Made by a program: the position numbers and the translations under genes. Below, piece after piece: positions 45,673 to 54,419 of a stretch of DNA of 64,000 nt. Positions within the stretch are counted from its first letter, which is position 1. Every line of letters begins with the position of its first letter. The stretch comes from Smithellaceae bacterium. Its GTDB lineage: Bacteria; Desulfobacterota; Syntrophia; Syntrophales; Smithellaceae. The stretch lies in contig JAUYFM010000007.1 of NCBI GenBank assembly GCA_030690945.1, positions 59,134 through 123,133 on the forward strand, in the 5' to 3' direction. The notes under the pieces were generated by a model. It was not told the origin of the DNA, did not search any database, and saw only the letters and a list, made by a program, of their open reading frames with translations.

Positions 45673-47082
45673 CTACGCGCTGGGCGGCACATCGTTTCCA
45701 TATTTTGTCTGCAGATATTTTTCCATTGTTTGAGGGAATAATACCCATCCCAGCAGGTCTTCGTCCGTTCGCGCCAGGTGGCCGATCGTTTTTTTCGCTT
45801 CCTCCATTTCCGGCGGCAGTTCATCGGCCGGTCGGCCGGTGATCGGCGTCTGTCCGCGTTTATAATTTTTGAGTATTTTTGCGGTCAGATCCTTATCAAT
45901 CGGTGCGGGGGTTTTACCATACAACCCCAAAACGAGGTCCTTAAGCTGATTGGATATTCTGACATATCGTCCGAAAAGTACATTCAACACGGCCTGCGAT
46001 CCGATGATTTGAGAGGCCGGCGTTACCAGAGGCGGATAGCCCATGTCTTTTCGCGTCTGTACCACTTCCGTGTAAATCTCGCTTAATCTATCCAATGCGT
46101 TCATTTCTTTGAGTTGGCTGGTTAAATTGGAAATCATCCCACCCGGAATCTGATGCGCAAGAACACCGTTATCAATGATGGAAAGCCTGTGATCCGCTAA
46201 AAGATGTTTATACTTGGGGGCAATGTTTTCTAAGTGTTCACTCAATTCCAGAAGCTTGTATAAATCAATGCCTGAATCCTTGGGGGTTCCCTGGAGGGCC
46301 GCAACGATTGGCTCGCAGGCGGGCATCGATGTCCGGAGCGCATAGGGCGCAAGACAGGTATCGATAATATCCACGCCGGCCTCGATTGCTTTTAAGTAGG
46401 ACATGCTGCCCATCCCGCTGGTATAGTGGGTGTGCAAATGCAGAGGGACCTTAATTACCTTTTTTAATGCGGTGAACAGATCGAATGCATCGTAGGGAGA
46501 AAGCAGTCCGGCCATGTCTTTGATACAGATGCTATCCGCACCCATGCTTTCCAGTTCTTTGGCTTTTGCCACGAAGAAGTCGAGTGTGTATATTTCCCCG
46601 CCCAGACGGCTTTCCGTCAGCGAATAACAAACCGTTCCTTCCAAGTGTTTGCCGTTGGCCTTAATTCTTTCCACGCAGGTTTCGATATTGCGGAAATCAT
46701 TGAGCGCATCAAAACAGCGGAAAATATCAATCCCGATTTCGCAGGACTTGTCCACAAAAGCGCGCACCACGTCGTCCGCGTAATGACGGTAACCGACCAG
46801 ATTTTGTCCGCGCAAAAGCATACTGAAGGGCGTTTTCTTGGCATATTTCTTTAGAATCTTGGGCCGCATCCAGGGATCTTCGTCAAGAAAGCGATGCATC
46901 GTATCAAACGTCGCTCCTCCCCATACTTCCATAGCCCAGAAACCGCAGTTATCCATCTCCTCGGCAATGGGGATCATGTCCTCCGTTTTCATTCTGGTTG
47001 CATAAATGGACTGATGACCGTCGCGAAACGTATTATCCTGAATTTTGATGGGTTGGGGCGGACTTTCTTTTCTGTCTTTCAT
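45673..47082 (-). CDS. pyruvate/oxaloacetate carboxyltransferase (5S-subunit type; no biotinyl domain)
   Basis: HMGL-like TIM barrel (DNTFRDGHQS) plus a PYC/OADA-like domain. It ends at 469 aa with no AMKM biotin-attachment motif. Confidence 0.85.
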   Translation of the reverse strand: MKDRKESPPQPIKIQDNTFRDGHQSIYATRMKTEDMIPIAEEMDNCGFWAMEVWGGATFDTMHRFLDEDPWMRPKILKKYAKKTPFSMLLRGQNLVGYRHYADDVVRAFVDKSCEIGIDIFRCFDALNDFRNIETCVERIKANGKHLEGTVCYSLTESRLGGEIYTLDFFVAKAKELESMGADSICIKDMAGLLSPYDAFDLFTALKKVIKVPLHLHTHYTSGMGSMSYLKAIEAGVDIIDTCLAPYALRTSMPACEPIVAALQGTPKDSGIDLYKLLELSEHLENIAPKYKHLLADHRLSIIDNGVLAHQIPGGMISNLTSQLKEMNALDRLSEIYTEVVQTRKDMGYPPLVTPASQIIGSQAVLNVLFGRYVRISNQLKDLVLGLYGKTPAPIDKDLTAKILKNYKRGQTPITGRPADELPPEMEEAKKTIGHLARTDEDLLGWVLFPQTMEKYLQTKYGNDVPPSA

Positions 47083-47129
47083 ATATCCCTCCTTAATTCA
47101 AATTTATGTATTTCAGTCTATATCACTAT

Positions 47130-47146
47130 AGCAAATACCATACCAG
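47130..47146 (-). promoter_or_regulatory. sigma-54 promoter of the carboxyltransferase-malic enzyme-thiolase-ACAD-GcdA operon
   Basis: Minus strand: CTGGTATGGTATTTGCT, that is TGGTAT-N5-TTGCT with exact GG-N10-GC spacing. About 50 nt upstream of the ATG at 47082. Divergent from a sigma-54 activator gene. Confidence 0.5.
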
Positions 47147-47302
47147 CAAGTTATTTATGATTATAAAATTCATAATTGCACCCAGGAAGGCATTGGTTTG
47201 CAGTTCTTGATGATATCAATGTCGTTGCGTTGGAAATACGATGATGCTCCGGGAATGCGCCTTCCAATATTGTGTTTGACAGAAGTGTATTATTTATATA
47301 CA

Positions 47303-47321
47303 ATACGTTTCAAAAACGTAT
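47303..47321. promoter_or_regulatory. candidate activator-binding inverted repeat
   Basis: ATACGTTT-caa-AAACGTAT (8-bp arms). About 160-175 bp upstream of the minus-strand sigma-54 promoter and 35 bp upstream of the activator ATG. Confidence 0.25.
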
Positions 47322-47355
47322 ATTTTATAAACAATATACAATGGAATAAGCAACC

Positions 47356-48417
47356 ATGACCGGAAATGACAATCAGAAAACAGATGGGGTAAAGCCCAAA
47401 GCCGGGAATCCGCAAAGCGTTGAAGAGGCCTTTCGAACGGAAAAGCTCGGAGCGGCTTTCGATGAGTTGATCGGCGCCAATATCGCTTTTCGCAAGGCTT
47501 TGGTCACGGCCCAGCGGGCGGCGAAATCGGATATTTCCGTTCTCATTATCGGAGAAAGCGGCACGGGTAAGGAAATTCTGGCGCGCGCTATCCAGCAAAC
47601 GAGTGGCCGCAAGAATAAGCCGCTGGTGGACGTCAATTGCGCCGCCATTCCCGATTCGCTGATTGAAAGCGAGCTTTTCGGCTATGAAAAAGGCGCCTTT
47701 ACCGGCGCGCGCACCGAGGGCCGCAAAGGCTATTTTGACGAAGCACATGAAGGGACGATCCTGCTCGATGAGATCGGCGATTCCTCTTTATCCGTGCAGT
47801 CCAAATTATTGCGTGTGCTGGAATCCGGTGTTTTTAAAAGAGTCGGTGGAACAAAAAACGTCAAGGTCGATGTGCGGATCATTTCTTCGACAAATCAGGA
47901 CTTGGCCGGGCTTATCGAACTCAAAAAATTCCGGGAAGATCTTTTTTTTCGTTTGAATACCTTTACGATCCCTCTGCCGCCGCTTCGCGAGCGCAGTGAG
48001 GATATTCCCCTGCTGATCGATTATTTTTTACAACAAAACGGTCCCGCAAAGAAGCAGAACTACAAATTCTCATCTGCGGCCCTCAAAATCCTTTATGCGT
48101 ATCACTGGCCGGGCAACATTCGGGAACTCAAGGGTGTGGTTAGCTATGCGGTGAACATGACGCAATCACCGGTCATCGATCCGGGTTCTTTACCGAATTT
48201 TCTTTTTTCCGGGTTGGACGCGACGCAATATCGTGAAAGCGCCGTTGCCCCCGGAACGTCGGCAGCATACAATCTCGCGGAATCCGTTCGCGATCTGGAA
48301 CGGAAACTAATCGGTGAAGTTTTAACCATAGCGTCCAATAAATCGGAAGCCATTAAGATGTTAGGCATCAGCAGGAGAACCTTCTATCTGAAATTGAAAG
48401 AATACGGTTTGGGCTGA
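47356..48417 (+). CDS. sigma-54-dependent transcriptional activator lacking a sensory/receiver domain (AAA+ + HTH only)
   Basis: Walker A GESGTGKE about 70 aa from the N-terminus. Exact GAFTGA. C-terminal HTH KSEAIKMLGISRRTFYLKLKEYGL. Confidence 0.85.
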   Translation: MTGNDNQKTDGVKPKAGNPQSVEEAFRTEKLGAAFDELIGANIAFRKALVTAQRAAKSDISVLIIGESGTGKEILARAIQQTSGRKNKPLVDVNCAAIPDSLIESELFGYEKGAFTGARTEGRKGYFDEAHEGTILLDEIGDSSLSVQSKLLRVLESGVFKRVGGTKNVKVDVRIISSTNQDLAGLIELKKFREDLFFRLNTFTIPLPPLRERSEDIPLLIDYFLQQNGPAKKQNYKFSSAALKILYAYHWPGNIRELKGVVSYAVNMTQSPVIDPGSLPNFLFSGLDATQYRESAVAPGTSAAYNLAESVRDLERKLIGEVLTIASNKSEAIKMLGISRRTFYLKLKEYGLG

Positions 48418-48420
48418 ACG

Positions 48421-48751
48421 GGGTCTGCGACAAATTTATGGGCGAGAGCAGTTTTTCACCCCTCTTTAGCAAAGAGGGGTTGGGGGAGATTTGCGGGAGT
48501 AGAAATATTCTCATGCTTTTATTACAAATCCCCCCTACCCCCCTTTTCCAAAGGGGGGAATACGTCTCTGCAGGGAATATGGCGCCCAGAGACCTTTGAA
48601 AATTGTCATAACCTTTCAGGTCACGCGTTTCGAGGAGCGAGAGCGACGAGAAATCTCAGATATTATGAACTGTTAAAGATTTCTCCCTACGGTCGAAATG
48701 ACAGAATTGGCGATTATTCAAAGCTCTCGCCCATAAATTTGTCGTAGACCC
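48421..48751. mobile_element. 331-bp non-autonomous (MITE-like) element with 29-bp TIRs and a 9-bp target-site duplication; nested internal palindromes
   Basis: TIRs gggtctgcgacaaatttatgggcgagagc (48421-48449) and its reverse complement at 48723-48751 (28 of 29). Identical GGCTGAACG at 48412-48420 and 48752-48760. No ORF inside. Confidence 0.8.
48589..48728 (-). repeat. family-C repeat module, copy 2 (inside the 331-bp element)
   Basis: Its reverse complement aligns with 36296-36435 at about 95% identity. Confidence 0.8.
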
Positions 48752-48773
48752 GGCTGAACGTATCCGTTTGGGC

Positions 48774-48789
48774 TGGAACAACTTATGCA
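48774..48789 (+). promoter_or_regulatory. sigma-54 promoter upstream of the HMG-CoA-lyase-like gene
   Basis: TGGAACAACTTATGCA has exact GG-N10-GC spacing (GG 48775-48776, GC 48787-48788) and -12 ATGCA. 39 nt before the ATG at 48828. Confidence 0.45.
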
Positions 48790-48827
48790 TTAACTAAAAA
48801 GAAATTTTATTTCGAGAAAGTAGAATT

Positions 48828-49829
48828 ATGTCAAGCAGCGCGACGTCGGCTGTCAAAGCCATGAGGAAAAAAGACACGCAGGTCACCATTGTGGAAGTAT
48901 CACCGAGAGACGGCCTGCCGGAAGTTTGCGACGGTTTGTCCACGGCCGATAAAATTATCTATATCAATAAATTGTCGGAAACAGGCCTTCGAAAAATTGA
49001 ATGTGCATCTTTTTCGCATCCCCGTCTTTTGCCTCAGGGCTATGACGCGGAGAAACTCATAGAAGGCATTTCCAAAAAATCGAGTGTGACCTATGTAGGA
49101 CTTGTCCCGAACGAAATCGGCTGTCGCCGGGCGGTGATTACACAAATAGACGAAGTTCTGATCCTGCTTGCTGCGAGCGACACCTTCAACAAGCTGAACC
49201 TGGGTAGAACCCTCAAAGAAAGCCTCAATAAAATACTTCCTGCCATCCTGGATACAGCGGTGAGAAATTCCCGCAGCGCCCGGGTTTATCTCATGACCGC
49301 CTTCGGCTGCCCTTACACGGGCAAAATCAGAGCCGAAGATGTTGCGCAGTTGTTGTTGAAGCTCAGTTATATGGGAGCATCCGAAATTGTGCTGGTCGAT
49401 TCCACCGGCATGGCCAATCCCAAGGCGGTTAAATCGACGGTCCGCACTTTGATGGATTTGCAACTCGATATCAATCTGGCTGTTCATTTTCATAATACAC
49501 GTGGCGCGGCGATTGCCAACTGTGTGGCCGCCTATGAGGCGGGCATCCGCATTTTCGACACGTCGCTGGGCGGTATGAGTGCGACGCCTTACGGCGTGAG
49601 CGAACTGGACATTGGCTACTGGAATGTGCCGACGGAAGACCTGGTGCATTTATTTGAAGAAATGGGCATTAAAACGGGCATTGATCTGGAAAAGCTTCTG
49701 GATTGTGTCCTTCTGGCGGAAAAGATGGCCGGGATTCCCCTGCCCGGCCATCTTTTGAGAGCGCGGCCGGCGTCGCAGATTGCTGAAATCCCGCAGCATC
49801 TGAAGCGGCAACACATCATTGATCAATAA
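48828..49829 (+). CDS. HMG-CoA lyase-like (HMGL family) aldolase/lyase
   Basis: VEVSPRDGL (family motif; Pro-Glu where canonical lyases have Gln-Asn) and VHFHNTRG. TIM-barrel length of 333 aa. Confidence 0.75.
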   Translation: MSSSATSAVKAMRKKDTQVTIVEVSPRDGLPEVCDGLSTADKIIYINKLSETGLRKIECASFSHPRLLPQGYDAEKLIEGISKKSSVTYVGLVPNEIGCRRAVITQIDEVLILLAASDTFNKLNLGRTLKESLNKILPAILDTAVRNSRSARVYLMTAFGCPYTGKIRAEDVAQLLLKLSYMGASEIVLVDSTGMANPKAVKSTVRTLMDLQLDINLAVHFHNTRGAAIANCVAAYEAGIRIFDTSLGGMSATPYGVSELDIGYWNVPTEDLVHLFEEMGIKTGIDLEKLLDCVLLAEKMAGIPLPGHLLRARPASQIAEIPQHLKRQHIIDQ

Positions 49830-50040
49830 AAAAGCGGTTTAAAAACAGCTTTTTTTACGTGAGCTTCAAACTCTAAAAAAATAAGTGGATGGAACCCAGA
49901 GGTGTTTATTTTATATACACGCTACAGGTTCAGCCCTTTCTTGATCTTTTCGAGCATGATTTTTTCATCATAGCAAATTCATTAAAGTTCTGTTATTAAA
50001 CACAGACATATTTATCAAAAATCATAAAGCGAGATAAAAC

Positions 50041-51258
50041 ATGCCGCAAGAAGACTTGAGTAAACTGAAAATCGATAAATCGGTCAAAAAAAGCGTTACG
50101 GCCGGCCGCAGAAAAAAACCATTCATTATTGCTGCGCTGGTTATTTTGCTGATTGTTTGCGCCGTCCTGTATCGGTTCGGTGTGATCGCCCCGACTGCCA
50201 CGGTGGATGTGACAACCGTTTCGCTGATTTATCCCGCGCAGTCTTTATCCGTGTTGAACGCCAGCGGTTACATTGTCGCCCAGCGCAAGGCGGCGGTGGC
50301 CTCTAAGATGACTGGCCGTTTGACGGCGTTAATGGTCGAAGAAGGCAGCCTGGTGCAAAAAGGACAAATTCTCGCACGAATGGAAAACGCCGACGTCACC
50401 GCTGTGAAAGGTCAGGGCACGGCCAATCTGGCCAACGCCAGGTCGATGCTCAAGCAGACCGCGGTGGAGCGGGATAATCTTGCCCAAGAGCATGACCGTT
50501 ATAAAAGACTGATTGCCGGCGGTAATGTTTCTCAATCGGAATACGACCTGATCAATACCCGCTACCTGCGCTCGCAGGAAGCTGTGAAAGGGGCGCAGGC
50601 TGCGGTGGAATCAGCCGCCGCCGTTCTTTCGGGCGCCGAGGCGAACCTCGATTATACCTTAATCCGGGCGCCGTTTGACGGCGTAGTGCTGACTAAGAAT
50701 GCCGATGTGGGCGATATCGTCACCCCGCTGGGAGCGTCATCCACGTCCAAAGCCGCTGTTGTCACACTAGCCGACATGGGTTCGCTGCAAGTCGAAGTCG
50801 ATGTGTCTGAAACCAGCATCACGTTGATCAAAGTCGGACAGCCCTGCGATATTCAACTTGATGCTTTGTCCGACAAACGATTCCGCGGCGTGGTGCACAC
50901 CGTTGTGCCGACCGTTGATCGCGCCAAAGCGACGGTTCTGGTGAAAGTGCGGTTCATCGACAAAGACACGCGGATGCTGCCGGACATGAGTGCCAAGGTG
51001 TCTTTTCTTTCCCGCGAACTCACGGGTGAAGAACTCAAACCCAGGCTTGCCGTTAGTCAATCGGCGCTGGTCAGTGTCAAAGGAAAAAACATCGTTTATC
51101 TGATTTCAGATAACAAAGTGCGTGAGACGACCGTATCGATCGGCGGCAAATTGGGAGATATGCAGGAGGTCACGGCAGGCCTGAAGACGGGCGACCGCGT
51201 GGCGCTCAAACCCAAAGGGTTAAAAGATGGGGCGAAGATCAAGGTGGCGGAGAGGTAA
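50041..51258 (+). CDS. efflux periplasmic adaptor (HlyD/MFP, MacA-like)
   Basis: N-terminal TM. Lipoyl-like and coiled-coil hairpin segments. Beta-barrel C-terminus. Confidence 0.85.
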   Translation: MPQEDLSKLKIDKSVKKSVTAGRRKKPFIIAALVILLIVCAVLYRFGVIAPTATVDVTTVSLIYPAQSLSVLNASGYIVAQRKAAVASKMTGRLTALMVEEGSLVQKGQILARMENADVTAVKGQGTANLANARSMLKQTAVERDNLAQEHDRYKRLIAGGNVSQSEYDLINTRYLRSQEAVKGAQAAVESAAAVLSGAEANLDYTLIRAPFDGVVLTKNADVGDIVTPLGASSTSKAAVVTLADMGSLQVEVDVSETSITLIKVGQPCDIQLDALSDKRFRGVVHTVVPTVDRAKATVLVKVRFIDKDTRMLPDMSAKVSFLSRELTGEELKPRLAVSQSALVSVKGKNIVYLISDNKVRETTVSIGGKLGDMQEVTAGLKTGDRVALKPKGLKDGAKIKVAER

Positions 51259-51261
51259 GGA

Positions 51262-51374
51262 CTCGTATCTCGTGAAGCGTCATTCGTGAAGCGTGAAGCG
51301 TGAAGCGAAAAAAACGAGACACGAACGACGAGATACGCTTCACGAATAACGCTTCACGCTTCACGAGATACGAG
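51262..51374. repeat. long imperfect hairpin built from GTGAAGCG / CGCTTCAC units
   Basis: 18-bp perfect outer stem ctcgtatctcgtgaagcg (51262-51279) / cgcttcacgagatacgag (51357-51374), with inner repeated units. Lies between the adaptor and ATPase genes. Confidence 0.7.
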
Positions 51375-51380
51375 ATACGA

Positions 51381-52091
51381 ATGATGACGGAACAAAAAAA
51401 ACCAATTGTTGAAATTAAAAATCTTTACAAGAGCTATCACCGGGCAAGCCTGGTGGTGCCGGTGTTGTATGATATCACCTTTGATATCGCCGAAGGGGAA
51501 TTTCTGGCGCTGATGGGACCATCCGGCTCCGGTAAGACCACACTTTTGAATCTGATTGCGGGAATCGACAAAGTGGATGAAGGCACAATCCATGTCGGCG
51601 ATGTCGATATCACCACGCTTTCGGAGACGGAACTGGCGGCCTGGCGCGCCAATTCCGTGGGATTCATTTTCCAATTCTATAATCTGATTCCCGTGCTTAA
51701 AGCTGTGGAAAATGTCGAGCTGCCGCTGCATCTGACCACGCTGTCTAAAAGCAAGAGACGTGAACATGCCGAAATAGCGCTTGCGATGGTCGGCCTTGAC
51801 CACCGGATGGATCACTATCCCGGTGAAATGTCCGGCGGCGAACAGCAGCGCGTGGCCATCGCCCGGGCTATTGTCACCGACCCGACCATTCTGGTGGCCG
51901 ATGAGCCGACGGGCGATCTGGATCGCGTCTCCGCCGAGGAAATCCTCTCCATGATGGAACGACTCAACCGCGATATGGGCAAGACAATCATCATGGTCAC
52001 GCATGATCCGCGCGCGGCTTCCCGTGCCTCCGTGATGCGCCATCTGGATAAGGGGTATCTCAACCATGATGCTGCTCAAAATCCTCTTTAG
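51381..52091 (+). CDS. ABC transporter ATP-binding protein (MacB/LolD type)
   Basis: ATG at 51381; the track start at 51300 lies inside the hairpin repeat. Walker [10 protein letters not shown]. Signature [14 protein letters not shown]. Walker B ILVADEPT. Confidence 0.9.
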   Translation: MMTEQKKPIVEIKNLYKSYHRASLVVPVLYDITFDIAEGEFLALMGPSGSGKTTLLNLIAGIDKVDEGTIHVGDVDITTLSETELAAWRANSVGFIFQFYNLIPVLKAVENVELPLHLTTLSKSKRREHAEIALAMVGLDHRMDHYPGEMSGGEQQRVAIARAIVTDPTILVADEPTGDLDRVSAEEILSMMERLNRDMGKTIIMVTHDPRAASRASVMRHLDKGYLNHDAAQNPL

Positions 52092-53223
52092 AAATGCCTT
52101 TCATAACAAGCTCAGGAGCTCGCTCACTATTCTGGGTATTGCCGTGGCCATCCTGGCCTTCGGCCTTTTGCGCACGGTGATCAGTTCCTTTTACGCTGGT
52201 GTGGAAGCGGCTTCCGCCTCGCGTCTGGTCACGCGCAACGCCATTTCCATTATTTTCCCGCTGCCCATTTCCTATACGGAAAAAATCCGGCAGGTGGAAG
52301 GCGTCAAGATGGTTTCCTACGGCAACTGGTTTGGCGGCATTTATATTAATGAAAAAAACTTTTTCCCGAATTTCTGTGTAGAGCCTCGCACCTATTTTGC
52401 TCTGTATCCTGAATTTATTCTGGAAGAAAGACAGAAAAAAGCATTTCTGGCCGACCGCAAGGGCGCTGTGGCAGGCCAAAAGCTTGCGGCCAAATTCGGC
52501 TGGAAAATCGGTGATACGATCACGCTCAAAGGAACCATCTATCCGGGTAACTGGGATTTTATTTTGCGGGCGATTTATACAGGCCGCGATAATACAGTTG
52601 ATCAAACACAATTTTTCTTCCACTGGACCTATCTCAACGAAGCAGTCAAGAAAAGAGCGCCTGTTTTCGCCGAGCAGGTTGGTTTTTATATGATCGGCGT
52701 GACCCGTCCCGATGTCGCCGCGGACACGGCTGTCATGATTGATAAGACTTTTAAAAATTCGCTTGCCGAAACACTGACCGAAACGGAAAAGGCTTTCAAT
52801 CTGGGCTTCATTGCCATGAGCGAGGCTATCGTTACGGCTATTCAGATGGTGTCGTTCATCGTCATCTTCATTATCATGGCGGTGGTCGCCAATACCATGG
52901 CCATGACGACCCGGGAACGCACCGGCGATTACGCGATCATGAAAACGCTGGGTTTTGGCGCGAAAGACATCACGATTCTGATTTTCGGCGAAGCACTGGT
53001 CATCACGCTTACCGGAGGGCTCATCGGCATCATTCTGACCTTTCCCGCCGCCCGGATCTTCGGCCAGGAGCTCGCGACGTATTTTCCGGTTTTTCTGGTT
53101 TCCGCACAAACGATTTATATGGATGTCGCTGCCGCGCTGATCATCGCGTTTCTCGCGGCGATCATTCCCACTCGTCACGCGATTCGCATCCGCATTGCCG
53201 ACGGCTTAAGGAGGATCGGCTGA
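52066..53223 (+). CDS. ABC transporter permease (FtsX/MacB-type), first of two
   Basis: N-terminal TM, a periplasmic MacB_PCD-like domain and a C-terminal FtsX 3-TM bundle. 26-nt overlap with the ATPase gene. Confidence 0.85.
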   Translation: MMLLKILFRNAFHNKLRSSLTILGIAVAILAFGLLRTVISSFYAGVEAASASRLVTRNAISIIFPLPISYTEKIRQVEGVKMVSYGNWFGGIYINEKNFFPNFCVEPRTYFALYPEFILEERQKKAFLADRKGAVAGQKLAAKFGWKIGDTITLKGTIYPGNWDFILRAIYTGRDNTVDQTQFFFHWTYLNEAVKKRAPVFAEQVGFYMIGVTRPDVAADTAVMIDKTFKNSLAETLTETEKAFNLGFIAMSEAIVTAIQMVSFIVIFIIMAVVANTMAMTTRERTGDYAIMKTLGFGAKDITILIFGEALVITLTGGLIGIILTFPAARIFGQELATYFPVFLVSAQTIYMDVAAALIIAFLAAIIPTRHAIRIRIADGLRRIG

Positions 53224-54398
53224 TGGCCGTGCCTTTCTCCTATAGTTTCCGTAATCTCTGGAAGCGCCGTATGACAACGATCCTGACTGTTTCCGGTATG
53301 GCGCTGGTGGTCTTTGTTTTTGCCGCTGTGTTGATGATGGCCGCCGGCCTGCAAAAAACATTGGTGGAGACCGGCTCGCCCAATAACGTGGTGGTGGTGC
53401 GCAAAGCCTCCACCTCCGAAGTGATGAGTTCGATCGAGCGTAGATCCGCCTCCATTGTGGAAATGCTGCCGCAGGTGGCCGCAGGCCCTCAGGGGCAGCC
53501 GATGATGGCCAAGGAATCGGTCGTGCTGATTGCGCTCAAGAAAAAGGGAGAAGAACAGTCCTCCAGTCATTCCAACGTGGTCGTGCGCGGCATCGGGGCC
53601 GAATCCCTGCCGCTTCGGCCCCAAGTGAAACTGGTAGCGGGCCGCATGTTGCGGATGGGCTCATCGGAAGTCATTGTCGGCAACAGCATTGCTAAAGGTT
53701 TTCAGGGCGTGGGATTGCAGCAGACGTTGAGCTGGGGAATGCGCACCTGGACGGTGGTCGGCATTTTTGACGCCGGTAATACGGGGTTCAGCTCGGAGGT
53801 CTGGGGCGATGTGGATCAGGTTATGCAGGCTTTCCGGCGTCCGATCTATTCCTCCCTGATTTTCAGATTGCAGAATCCGGACGCCTTTGACGCCGCGAAA
53901 ACCGCGATTGAAAATGATCCGCGCCTCACGCTGGAGGCCAGACGCGAAACCAAATATTATCGGGATCAATCGGAAATGATGGCCAAGTTTTTAAGAATTT
54001 TAGGCACGTCGCTGACGATCATTTTTTCCATCGGCGCAATCATCGGCGCGATGATCACCATGTATTCCGCCGTCGCCAACCGCACGGCGGAAATCGGCAC
54101 GCTGCGCGCCCTGGGTTTCCGCAGGCGCAATATCCTGCTGGCCTTTCTGACCGAATCACTGCTGCTGGGCTTCATCGGCGGCAGTCTGGGGTTGTTTTTC
54201 GCCTCGTTCATGCAGTTTATCACAATCTCGACGGTGAACTTTCAGACGTTTTCGGAGCTCGCTTTTAAATTTACGCTGACGTCAGGTATTGTCATGCAGT
54301 CGATGATGTTTGCGCTGACGATGGGATTGATCGGCGGCGTGCTGCCGGCGCTGCGCGCCTCACGGTTGAAAATCGTAGACGCTCTGCGAGCTACATAA
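53223..54398 (+). CDS. ABC transporter permease (FtsX/MacB-type), second of two
   Basis: Same architecture as the first. TGATG overlap with the preceding permease gene. Confidence 0.85.
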   Translation: MAVPFSYSFRNLWKRRMTTILTVSGMALVVFVFAAVLMMAAGLQKTLVETGSPNNVVVVRKASTSEVMSSIERRSASIVEMLPQVAAGPQGQPMMAKESVVLIALKKKGEEQSSSHSNVVVRGIGAESLPLRPQVKLVAGRMLRMGSSEVIVGNSIAKGFQGVGLQQTLSWGMRTWTVVGIFDAGNTGFSSEVWGDVDQVMQAFRRPIYSSLIFRLQNPDAFDAAKTAIENDPRLTLEARRETKYYRDQSEMMAKFLRILGTSLTIIFSIGAIIGAMITMYSAVANRTAEIGTLRALGFRRRNILLAFLTESLLLGFIGGSLGLFFASFMQFITISTVNFQTFSELAFKFTLTSGIVMQSMMFALTMGLIGGVLPALRASRLKIVDALRAT

Positions 54399-54419
54399 CA
54401 AGCCGTTCCCTACGCGAAA

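Noticed and set aside
45633-45824. A 63-codon Lys/Arg-rich ORF near the carboxyltransferase/malic enzyme junction, considered as a possible missing biotin carrier.
   Set aside because: It lies almost entirely within the carboxyltransferase coding region in a different reading frame of the same (minus) strand, has no AMKM or biotinyl-lipoyl-like sequence and is of low complexity.
48755-48770. The ACGTAT/CGTTT motif (gaACGTATCCGTTTg), reminiscent of the ATACGTTT/AAACGTAT repeat at 47303-47321, just upstream of the second sigma-54 promoter.
   Set aside because: The half sites are in a different arrangement, overlap each other and lie only ~5 bp from the -24 element. That is not a plausible enhancer geometry, so the resemblance may be coincidental.
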